From Amphiscolops sp. MND2022 (Eukaryota): DNA of 64,000 nt. How positions within the stretch are numbered: the first letter of the stretch is position 1; every line of letters begins with the position of its first letter. The stretch is from NCBI GenBank assembly GCA_964187785.1, contig OZ076421.1:54064001-54128000 (forward strand). The letters are read 5' to 3'. The notes below the pieces were generated by a model. The model was not told where the DNA came from. It saw nothing but the letters and a program-made list of their open reading frames with translations, and did not search any database. Of this stretch, positions 52,201 through 62,963 are shown piece after piece. Position numbers and translations under genes: made by a program.

Positions 52201-53870
52201 GTACATTTGCTTTGTAAAAAAGTTGGGTAGGCCTTTAAGACCATAAAAACCTCGGGTGAAAGCATAAAGTTTGTCTCCAGATGAGAAACTTCTTAACGTT
52301 ATGGATTCATCATCTTAGGGACATGTGCATAAGCGTACATGAGATCAATGGCTGATTTAAATTTTTTATTTGGGCGTGCAAGTTGAGGAGCTAGAGGTTC
52401 AATTGGCCAAGGTTCAAAGGATTGATAAGTGTTTGAGTTTAAATGTCGAGCATCTAAGACGACTTCAATAGTATCTCCTTTAGGGATGATAATGAGAGGA
52501 TTTAAAAAGATGGTACCATGAATGGATTTACCGGAGGGAGTAGAACCAAATTAGCGAATATTATTGTGTTTTTCTAATTCATCGAGTAGGTTCTTAAAGA
52601 GTTTCTCTATGATGAATGGGGACTTTGGTAGGTCTTTGAATTTGGAGTTTAGCATTTGGTTTGAGACGAATTCTGAAAGGGGTAACTATTTTACCGAAGT
52701 CATTACGGTGTGTTGGATAGCAGTTTCGATATTTACCAAGAAGTGAAAAAAGCTTTGAATATTCATCGTCAGTGAAATCAGAATATTGAAATTTAAAGTT
52801 GTTGAGAAATTGTTGAGTTTCTGGTGAGTATGGTAGAGAAGGGAGAGGACGGTTTAAAACTTGAGAAGGTTGTAGGTTAATAATTTCAACATAGGGTTTT
52901 CGAAGTGCGGAACGACGAAGAGGATGTCTGGGTTCAGATAGATCTGTGTAATTTGATTGAAATACTGTGTGAATTAGAGAATTTACATCCTTAAATTTGT
53001 AGTGGGGAGGTTTAATTTTTGTAGCGGGAACTTCATAATAACCAATATATTCTGGTGAAAGGATAGCAGATTGATGAATAAAATTTTGAATGACAACAGA
53101 GCAACTGTTGAGTTCAGTTTTAATATTTTAGTAAACTTGAAGGAAGTTAAAAGTTGAATTAAAGCGTGCGATAAAGTATGGATGAGGAGTGGAAGGAAAT
53201 ATAACTTCATTATCAAGTGTATAGAAAGTTAAAGGAAGAGTGCGTTGGATAGGAAAATGGATAACTTGGGAGGCGTTAGGCTTTTTCAAAAAAATTGTTT
53301 TGTCCTTTGATTGTGTATATGTATGAAAAATATGGATAATCTTTTTCTTTATAATCAAAACGGGAAAGTTTTCACACGAGATTCATCAGGTGTATTAAAT
53401 GGAAGAGACATACTTTCAATATTGAGAGTTTTGACATATTTTTCAACAAAAAAAATCCAAACATTCTGTACTTGACATTTGCTACTGCAAAGGAAAGTAC
53501 AAGTGTGCGCGTACTTCCATGAATAGAAGTTTGGAGTGTAAGAATTACATTAAATAATATAGGAACTTCAGTTTGTTAGGTACGGTTAAAGTTTTAAAGT
53601 CATCATTCTGGAAAGTAGATTTGGAACATTTGTGATCAGCTAAGATAGTAAAAGTGGGTAAATTTAAAACACAATTGGATGCACCAGTATCAAGCAAAAA
53701 TAGGAGTTCTAGTTCTGAAGGTAAAGAGGTGCCTTCTATCGGTTTGAAAATATATAGATTAACAAACCAAGTGGTAGGTGTGATAGCGTTAGCATGATTA
53801 CTCAAATTTGGGTTCTGTGGAAGAGGTATTTTGAAGGATTGGTGTGGGTTGTTGAGTAAGAATAACATAT
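49300..53870 (-). pseudogene. pol: pol (PR-RT-RH-IN) of family B element
   Basis: LLDTGAS (~53690); FYGLKGLPNFF and a decayed YxDD (VYHGDI, ~52155); TVDASLIGLG and ELCAI RNase H; integrase YSPWTNGLVEVQNR; HRNH C-terminal motif. Confidence 0.92.
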
Positions 53871-54104
53871 GGTTTATATTGGAAATTCGAGCAGTTTTTT
53901 TGAATTAGAGTGTGATCTACTTCGATAGTGACCAGTACGTGGTTTAGAAGGAGAACGATATGGGGATTTATGTCTTCTGAAAAAGGAATTATTATAGCTA
54001 GAAGAGCGTTCGCGAGAACGAGGATAATATCTATATGGACTACGAGAGGAGGTAGAATAATAATAGGAGCGAGAAGGATAAAACGGTTTTGAAGGAGATA
54101 TTTT

Positions 54105-55043
54105 TCAGTATTGATCATAACGAGATATATTACGGTCATAGTAAGAAGAAGGTTTATGGGGATAGGTTTTATCAGGATATTGTGAACGAGAGTTTAAGCT
54201 TGAATGAGAACGTGATTTATATCGAAAGTCACAAGAAAATCGACGATAGGAGTTACTACTACTTCTACTACGAATTTGAGGGTTTTGAGGATAATGTTTG
54301 TTGGAGGGTGTTTTAAAATGTTGACAGAAAGAAGGAGTAGGTGATTTTGATGGTTTAAGCATGTTGAGTCTACGATAAAAAGTGGAAACAGAAAGATTGT
54401 TTTTTTGACAAAACGAACAATACTTTTTATATTGGGGTTTAGATTGACTATTAGGATCTCTAGCTTGTATTTGTAGAGATTCCGGAGAAGTTTTTTGAAT
54501 TGAAATATCTTGTTGAAAGGTATCGAAAAGAGTGTTATTATTGAGTGCAAATTCATGAGTTTTAAGTTTTTCAAGACCAATATCTTCAGAGTCAACCATA
54601 TTGACAAGAGAGTGAGAAGGAATATAAGGTTCAAGCGAGCTTGAAATATGTTTAACTTGGCGTTTGTTAGCAAAACTTTTTAAATTTTTGGGGAGACCAC
54701 GAGTAAAAATTTCGTTACATTTAAGATTAATAGTGGATGGGTATTCATTATACCAGCCTTGTTTAACAAGAATTTCAACTTTCAAAGCGTAATGTCGTAC
54801 GTTTTCATTGTCATTTTTGACATATGAAAGTGCTTCAAGTTGAGCATGGTAAGCATGTTTTTGAGAGTAAAATTGTATCTTTAGAGGAAAGTGTTTAGAG
54901 GAAAGATGACCAATCATATTTATAAACTTGAGGGAGGCGGTCATACCAGTTAGAAGCGGTTCCTGTGAGAGAACAATAAAGTATAGACATTTGTCTAGAG
55001 TGCCATGTTGATTATGATTGAATATCAAGAGGTTGAGGTCCAA
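54105..55043 (-). pseudogene. gag: gag of family B element
   Basis: 312-aa ORF with capsid-like ..ENVRHYALKVEILVKQGW..FTRGLPKNL and a degenerate knuckle YCSFCQKNN. Confidence 0.8.
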
Positions 55044-57354
55044 GTTGAAATGTTACGCGTGCGCTGAGGTGAGCTAAAAATGTTTCAGGAGGATAAGTGA
55101 TCTAAACCATCAAAAAGTTTAATGGGATCTGAGAGAGCGGCGAAAGGCACAGAAGGAGTCATTTGAAAAACTGAAGGAGGAGGTTGGGATGGAAGTTGAT
55201 TAGGAGGAAGTGCAGAAGTAGATGGTGGAAGAGGGTTAGGATGAAGATTAGGAGGTTGGAAAGAAGTTGAATGGTAGTTATGGAAACCGGGATGAAGTGA
55301 AGCATAAGGATAATAAGATGTAGGAGGTTGATTGGAATTAGGAGGTGGTAAATTGGAGTGGATTTTGAGTTGGAAACAAAGATGATGAAGGGTTATGAAA
55401 TGTTGAAGAAGGATTTGGAGGAAAAGAAGTTTAAGAGTAATGGGATTGAGGTTGAGAAGTGATAGTATTATTAAATGAAAGAGGAATTGGAGGTAGAGTT
55501 GTATGAATTTGAGATAAAGAGGGTAGTAATAGGAAGTGTTGCAGGAGGAGTGTTAGAAAGAGTATTATATTGATGAGGTGATTGAGAAGTGGACGGTTGA
55601 GTAGTAATAAGATGATTTATAAAAGGCGGAAGAAGATCCAAATTTAGAGTGAGATTACCAATAGAGTGATTGTTTATTAAAACATTTGAGGTAGAAGGAA
55701 TGGTTTGTAAAGGAACATCAGATGTAGTGTCAAATGGAGGAGGTAAAGGAGTTTGTTTTGCATATGGTCTTATAGGAGGAGGAAGATTGAGACTTTTATC
55801 TATACTATGGTTATCACAGGTGAGGTAAGGCAAGTGAGTAGTAGGAAAATCAAGGAGGTTGTAAAATTGGGGGTGACGATTGTCAGAAACGGCAAGAAAG
55901 GGTAAGAACTCATCTCGAGTAAATTGTTAGGGAAAATTAACATAAGCAGCTTGGAAGTTAGAATCCCAAGCAAGTTGGTAGTTATGTCTAAAACACCTTC
56001 ATTCTGAGAAAGACAGAATATATTCGAATTTGTTCTTTAGTATTTGTATTTAAGGTAAGGTTTTGAAAAAAATGATACTTGAAGTGGCGAATTTGAAGAA
56101 TATCAGTGCCAAGCCAATGATGGGGACTATTTTCAATAGTGCGAGATTGTTCAATTTTAGGGAGATCAAAGAGGGTTTCTTTTTGAAGAAGATCTTGTAT
56201 CGAGGATGGGTTAAAAGCATGTTGAGGTAAAAGATTGTTGTTTTCCGAGAGGTTCTTTAAAAATGTGGCAAAAACATGGGCAATAGGAATATAAATGTGA
56301 GAAGGGTGGATATTATTTTTCGAAAAGTTTCATTAGGATTAAGAGGAGAGGTTATAGGAATGGAAAAAGAGGGTTCATCAAGAGTTTCAACTACAGAGTG
56401 TCTGTCAATATAATAAAGGTATGAGTCGTGATGTTCACGTATGAGAGAAGTAGTATAGATTTTTTCCGGGAATGTTTCAAAAGAACGTAGAACAGTGGAG
56501 TTATAGATGAGATTTTTGAGAAATTTAGTCAGGGTGTGAGCGATGTCGCGTGAAAGACGATGATGGGTGTCATCAAAAGAAAATGGGAGAGGGAGTAACG
56601 GAGGAGGTGGATCAAACATTATGTGTGGAGGTGAGGGTAAAACATTAACCAAAACGGTCTAAGATTATATCTGGGTGAATGGAAGTTTCAGTGGGTAGTG
56701 GGTGAAAAAATCGAGTCAGTTTAAGAAAAATGTATTGGCAACGGAAAAAGAGAGGAGGGTAGAAATATGTGACAGAGAGGAGTATAAAAATGTAATTACG
56801 AAGAGTTGAAATAAAGCTATTAAAGGGTTAAAGTGTAAAAAAGTAGTTGCATGAAGCATGTAGGGGAAAAGGCAAAAGAAAGAGGAGAAAGGATAAAACT
56901 GCAAATGGGGTAATGTCAACATTGGCGGGTAGTGTTCAATAGTATGGAAAGATGGGAAAGGTATTTTAAATGTGGTGTGGTGATTGAATGTTGGAAGATG
57001 TTTGTTTAGGAGAAGGGAGAGGGAAGGTTTATGGGAATAGAGAGGCGACAATTTTTCCAACTAAGAGCATTTTAAAAAAGCATAGCAAAAATGTATGATA
57101 CAAAAACAATGATGTTGCAAGATTTTCTGTAAGAAACATGAGGAGAAAAGTTATATATAGTGATCGGTGTTACCGGAGATGAAATCAAGCATGAATTGGT
57201 CAACAAGGAGGAGAACAATTGCGAGAAGACCAAAAGAAAGAGCAAAATAAAAAACCAAACAGAGTCATTCGGAGAAAGCATGAAAAAATGTAAAAAAAAG
57301 CAATGAAAAATTAATGTACCAACAGAAATGTTGAATCAAAATTATTTTACGATA

Positions 57355-57590
57355 AGTACAGAAAAGGGTACACCAGCACAAAGCTGAATCACTTATGTAT
57401 GTGATTAGTACAGAAAACGTAGATGTACCAGCACAAAGCTGAATCACTTATTTATGTGATTAGTACAGAAGATTGAGATGTACCGACTACGAAGTCGAAC
57501 GACTTTGAAATATGGTTAGTACAAGAGAACTGATATTGTACCGACAGGTTGTCGAATCACCCTCATGTGATTAGTACAGAAGGAGTTCTT
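57355..57590 (-). repeat. ~55-bp x4 tandem hairpin array in the element leader
   Basis: ccagcacaaagctgaatcactta..tgtgattagtacaga at 57373 and 57428; variant units at ~57480 and ~57538. Confidence 0.85.
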
Positions 57591-57619
57591 TGAAGAAAGG
57601 GAAGGAACAAAACTAGAGG

Positions 57620-57633
57620 AAATGGTCGCGCCA
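57620..57633 (-). promoter_or_regulatory. Primer-binding site TGGCGCGACCATTT
   Basis: TGG directly at the 5' LTR end. The priming tRNA is not identified. Confidence 0.65.
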
Positions 57634-57990
57634 GTTGAACTACTTGTTAGTTTTTGGTATTTTTTATATCAGATGTTATCTTTTAGAAGGGATGAAAGAA
57701 TTACTTTAGGAAGACCCTAACAGAGCTGCAGATATTAGGCCAGATATTGTAAGGCAACTGAGCAGTGAAGAAACTTCTGAGTTGTGTTGGAGTGTATATC
57801 AGAAGGTAATTTACATTATTGAGTTGTAGTATTGAATACAAAGTAGGTACATTAAATTCAGGATGCAATGTCAACAATTTAATAATTTAATTGATTCTAG
57901 TCTAGATATTCAATTATGGGGTTGGGCATAACAGTAAATCCTGGGTAGGAGGATGATTATTAAATGGTAGGTATATCAGGGTTTAAAACT
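57633..57990 (-). repeat. 5' LTR of family B element (apparent AGT...ACT termini)
   Basis: Minus strand begins AGTTTTAAAC and ends GTTCAACT, overlapping the PBS TGGCGCGACC. Confidence 0.8.
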
Positions 57991-58057
57991 AAAATTACAA
58001 GAAAGGACTGTAGGTCTGCCTATGATCTGAGAGACACGAAGGACCTTGGTCATTACA
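57983..58057 (+). repeat. Right remainder of the family C-type LTR split by the family B insertion
   Basis: Reads KTKITRKDCRSAYDLRDTKDLGHY, ends ..CATTACA, and continues the ..DTDGL frame left off at 39797. Confidence 0.65.
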
Positions 58058-58059
58058 CT

Positions 58060-58330
58060 TCGTGAATAATCCTTTGGTCTCCGAGAGTTGTCTTTGAGCT
58101 AATATGCAAAATTAAAAGTGATGAATGGTTCTGCGTCGAAACTGTGTTGGTAAATTGGGAAATTGGACGATCGATAACTATAACTTTTGGTACAATTGAG
58201 TTAGAAGCCTCAGCATATTATTCACAATTGCCATCCCTGTAATCATTATTATCGTCGTTCATTCTTTCCAACAATCTTTTCTCCAAGATAAAGAAAAGTC
58301 CTTCTGAGGGAAATGTTGCTTCAACTAATT
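58060..58330 (+). pseudogene. Possible decayed GPCR-like fragment (TM4-ECL2-TM5)
   Basis: IILWSPRVVFELICKIKSDEWFC, then after a shift FWYN*VRSLSILFTIAIPVIIIVV. Confidence 0.3.
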
Positions 58331-59019
58331 TAACAAAGACCCATCGGGTATGTTGTTCGTTTTCACGCTATTATAGAATTATTATTGAACTATTATTATA
58401 AATTCCAACTGAGATATCTTTGGTAAAATGCCGATAAATATAACAAATCGTCTGTTATAACTCCCTGTTATTTTCCCACATACTTACTTTGGAATGATTG
58501 ACCACAAAATCACAAAACGCACAGCAATTTCTGACCTTAATTGAACAGTGATTCTACTCTCCAAAAGTTTTCGTGTTTGACGAAGGTTACTCAATTTTCA
58601 TTCCTGTTTGTGACCCTAACAAATCTGAGCTGTTACTATTCCCAATCTCATGATCGATAGAGTGCGTCAGTCAGCCAATAAAACTTTCCAATTTCATGCT
58701 TTCTGTCTTGAAAAATTTTTGACAATTTTAATACAAACAAATTTCCAAAAGTTGAGCTAATTTCGCTTTTCTTCACCTTTAGAAAAAAATGTTGCTACAG
58801 TAGATGCCCTGAAGCTCCTGCATGGCTCGTACATGGTAACTTTGGTCTCGCAAAGTCTTCGAGAACTTTCCGAAAATGAAATGTGAACCCATTGCGGTTC
58901 AGCTTACATTTGAGGAAGAAGAATAAAATTCTCAGCAAGAAAAAGTTCTCTCAAGTCTCTATCATGAGCTGTTAAAAATGTTGGTTGTTGTAGTTCTTAT
59001 TTCTTTTATTGAGCACATA

Positions 59020-59887
59020 TGTGATGATCGGCATTTTCCTGTCTGTTTTCATTTATTAAGATTATTAAGTCTCATCTAAGGTTTCATTAGCAATTCCAAG
59101 GGGAGTGTATGTTTGTCTTAGTTCGCTCATTTCAGATGGGTAAAACCGATCATCCTGATTTTTGTCTCTGTCTTTTGTTGTATTTGATGCGTGTCTGTTC
59201 CTGAGACTCCTATTTTTCGAGTTAGAAGGACCAGGTTGACTTCTCTCAACATCCTCTTCATCAGTTGCTATATTATAGTTTCTGTTTGTTCTAATCTGTT
59301 TGAGTATTTCTTCAAACTTGTTATTTAACTGCTCCTCAATCTGTGTCATCTTACTGTTATTTTGCTCCGCCAATCTTTGTGATATCACTTCTATCTCGTT
59401 GCTTATTTGAGAAGGCTCTGTTATTTCGCTGCCTAAGTTCCTGTCAAAAACGTTATTAACATTTTCAGAAACATTAGTTAAAGTCGCATTACCTCGTGTA
59501 AAACTCGTTTCTGATGTATTCTCATCTCTGTCCGGAGACTGAGACTCTGTCCTTCTTGTACGTCTGTTTCTCCTATTTCCCATTTTGAAAACAGTTTTGG
59601 TTGAAGAGAATCTTTGAATTCCAAAGATATTGTTGAGATGAAAGCTAGTAGTTATCTTTACAGAGAAAGAAACTGCGAGTTTTGAAAATGATGGAAAGGT
59701 TTTGCAGGTTTGAGTGACTGTATTCTGTGGGTGTTTTTACCTGAGTCAATGTAGGGAAAAGTGGTTTCTCTGGGTCTTTCTCAAATGATTCTATTAGATG
59801 ACTTTTTTAGTACCATGACAAGCAATTTCATGAAAATCATCCTTACGTCATGTTTCTTGGGTCGGGATTTAAAATTAGATCATGACA
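59020..59887 (-). repeat. Candidate solo LTR of a family C-type element
   Basis: Minus strand starts TGTCATGA and ends GATCATCACA. No PBS follows and no clear TSD. Confidence 0.6.
59065..59583 (-). CDS. LTR-encoded ORF (172 aa; basic N-terminus, coiled coil)
   Basis: Open ORF MGNRRNRRTRR..QIEEQLNNKFEEILKQI lying wholly inside the candidate LTR. Confidence 0.6.
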   Translation of the reverse strand: MGNRRNRRTRRTESQSPDRDENTSETSFTRGNATLTNVSENVNNVFDRNLGSEITEPSQISNEIEVISQRLAEQNNSKMTQIEEQLNNKFEEILKQIRTNRNYNIATDEEDVERSQPGPSNSKNRSLRNRHASNTTKDRDKNQDDRFYPSEMSELRQTYTPLGIANETLDET

Positions 59888-60066
59888 TTACATAGAAGGT
59901 CTAAATATAGCATCATAACGTTGGTGAACTAAAGTGAAAACAATATGCGGATTATGATGTTTTACCCGCATATCGGCATTTATGCTGTTCTATAAGAGCC
60001 ATATAATGCTGTATAATTCATTAGCTCCGATCTGTTGGTGTTCATTATGCTGACAGTAAATTAAAC

Positions 60067-60290
60067 ATCATGCTGTTTTTTATGAGTTTCCGCATAATGC
60101 GGGAAGGAGCATAAATATGCGCACAAACGTATCCATTATGCTGTTTTTGTAGGATTTCCGCATATTGCGGCAAGAAGTATAAACATGCACACACATGTAG
60201 ACATTATGCTGTTTTTAGGAGTTTTCCGCATAATGCGGTAAGAAGTATAAACATACTCACATACGTATTCATTATGCTGTTTTATTGCTA
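60067..60290. repeat. 68-bp tandem minisatellite with internal palindrome
   Basis: at(t/c)atgctgtttt at 60067, 60135, 60203 and 60271. Each full unit contains ccgca-NNN-tgcgg. Confidence 0.9.
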
Positions 60291-60817
60291 AAGCTGCATA
60301 TGTTGTTTAGTAGGAACTGCAAAAAGCAGTACGATTTATTGGTAAAAGAACGTATGATACCACTATGCTGTTTTATGGGTGGTTCATCATGCTATTTGCA
60401 TGTACTTTCCGCTTACTCAAACTAAATGCTTTATCTTCTTAAAGGGACTGCAATAAACTGCAGAACAATATTCTAAGGTAAATTGAGGCGTAAAAGATAA
60501 GGGTTTGGTTCAGGTCAACTAGCAACATTATCACTAGAGACTTATTTATTTAGCCAATGTTTTTCCTTTTTTCTTTTATTTTATCAACGATTTTATCGTT
60601 GTTTCAATCAAATCAACAGAGGCATCAAGCCGTACAAATTTACATCAACTAACACTATAACTTCAACAAATGGCGAGAAAATAGCAACGAAAACAAACAT
60701 TCAAAACAACTATCTTGGTTTACGAAGAGTTTAAATGTCTTTAAAGTTTGTGGCTCCAATGACACTTAGGGTTGAAATCTTGGGTTCCACAATGTATGGG
60801 GGAGTAGGCTGAACTGC

Positions 60818-61780
60818 TCATCGGTGCTGCACGCCGGACATCTCGCAGGGGAAACCCGGCGACAGTCCAGCATTTTTGAAGCAGATCAGCGCTGCTCCAA
60901 ACCCATCTACAAATGCCCTTGATCGGACATTGCGGTCGCGGATCGTCTCTTCAAGATACTCTGACCACGCCACATAGTTGGTGAGAGTCTCCACCGCTAT
61001 CTGGTTGTATGTCTTCGAGCATCCAGGACAGTATCCAGTTACTTCAGGCATCACGGGAGGGTTCATTTGTAAAATAGGTTGGTTGTCCGCGAAGGTTGTA
61101 TTCTGAGCATTCTGGTATGTTGCAGGCATTTGCACATTATGATCATGCCGGCCACTCCTCACATTGTTCCAATTGTTAGGGTAAAATGGTACTGGCATCG
61201 GGAGATATTTGGCTTGTGGCAGTGAATGTGTTGCTGGTTCTTGGGCCCACCGGGGAGTGGGTATGACGGTGGTGAACGCACTATTTTGACAGGGGACAAC
61301 CGGGGGGTTAGTGTTTGATCCCGCTGTCTGCGATTGTCTGATGTTTGGTTGTACTCATTGTACTGGGCGGCCATAAGAATTTTTTTCTACGTTGGCGAAG
61401 TTTGCCCCGAAAAATGGATCTGCTTCATCTTCTGAGGAACTGATAATTGTTAATGATGAGATTTCAGAGACTTCATCTAATAAATCCATCAGTTCGTTCT
61501 CGATGACTGAACCTCTCGTGTCCAATATATGTTCTGTATCGACTCTTGATATGTTATTCTGGACAAACAGGGTTGCTCCAGCTGCCCCCATAAATGCTGT
61601 TGGCATGCCGCTGGCCGTGTTAGGGGCTATCCTGAACCTGTCCTCCAATTCAGGAAGAGACAAGTGCTCTACTTCAAATTCTTCACCCGAGCTGCTCGAA
61701 GTGTTCACCAATTCCAAAGTAGGGCTCGTGATCATCGGTGCTCTTGCACTGCTAGTGGCTGTCACAGGTGTGCTGAACAT
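60818..61780 (-). pseudogene. Unknown ORF broken by frameshifts, probably repeat-borne
   Basis: Overlapping ORFs 61355-61780, 61159-61374 and 60818-61198 chain together; the C-terminal part has a CPGC motif and helical AFVDGFGAAL. Confidence 0.45.
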
Positions 61781-62963
61781 TTTGTGTTGATTGTCCTTCC
61801 ATCTTCAGGATGATGTTGTAAGTTGAAATTATTTTACAAATTCAAATTACGAACTGTTGAGTTTTCGACGAAGTATAGGCAACTGTTTTTTGTAAGGATT
61901 AGACCACAATGGCGAGGTTTTCTAGATTTTCATAAGATTATGGGGGTTTCCTTATAAATTGCTTCAACACATATTTTAAATTGCCCATTTCCCGGATTTC
62001 TCTGATAGCCATCGACTATTTAGGGAAACATAGCATCATCAAGTTATGTTAATTGGTCATAAATAATCATCGGTCTTCGGTAATTCTTCTTTAAAGTCTT
62101 TCATAAACCGACGATTGCCAGCTCATATAGGGTAACCCAATTTTAATTACTCATAATCATAAATATATGGTAGCCATATTTCATTCAGGTTTATGGTGTG
62201 AAAATCTTTCACACTACAATGTGTGACTCATTTCGTTCATAGTGTGAGTTTCCATTCACTCAATGTTGAATGCATCGTATTTAATACAGCACCTTTAGTA
62301 GTAATCTACATCACATACTGCGTACAGAAAACATCATATTACATCATAATTTTACTCATACCACGTTCCTCGTTCGCGCTGTCACTCAGCTACTCCGTGT
62401 TACGTAATTATACTGTATTCTTTACTTGGGTGCTGGACCATTAAACTGTTTTTAATAGAAATCCGCATAATGTAACTCTTTTGTCTGTTGTATTTGTGTT
62501 AGCTTGTGCAACCAATTAGTGACCATAAAAGGGAATGTACTTCTCCAATTTGCTCATTCTGGCAGAAATGATCAAACTGAGCACAACCTGTCTCGACCAA
62601 TCAGATTTAAGATATATAGTAAACGCCATTGTCTGACGTCATTCATCTGCTTTATTGCCTTTGTATCAATCGCCACGCCTTCTTTGATCAGTTTATTTTA
62701 TTTGTTTTTGGATTTAACAATTGTTTCTAGTCGTTAAAGTTTCCAGAGTCTATAGTCTATCCAAGTTATCCTGTCAGTCTTCCATTACAATTCTCCACGT
62801 TCTGTCTTCAATTAGTTGAGTTACACATTCTATTACGTATTCTACCAACTTCCTTGTTCCTCCACATACTTTCAGTAATTCATCATCTTTCCACACCATT
62901 TCCGTTCAGTTATTCGCCTTCGTATTTGCCTCGCGCCTCGCGCCTCGCGCATTTAACTCGTCA

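Larger units (their letters stand above)
39798..57990 (-). mobile_element. Giant (~18.2 kb) env-bearing Ty3/Gypsy element, family B
   Basis: Direct repeats at ~39798-40160 and 57633-57990; PBS; gag-PR-RT-RH-IN order; class III fusion-like env; extra ORFs. All ORFs are decayed. Confidence 0.9.

Noticed and set aside
57355-57590. CRISPR-like array
   Set aside because: Whole units are homologous and lie in a retroelement leader.
59015-59892. Target-site duplication for the candidate solo LTR
   Set aside because: The flanks (acata / ttaca) do not match.
60067-60290. CRISPR-like look (palindromic repeats at a regular period)
   Set aside because: The inter-palindrome sequence is also conserved, so there are no unique spacers. 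The context is eukaryotic and there are no cas genes.
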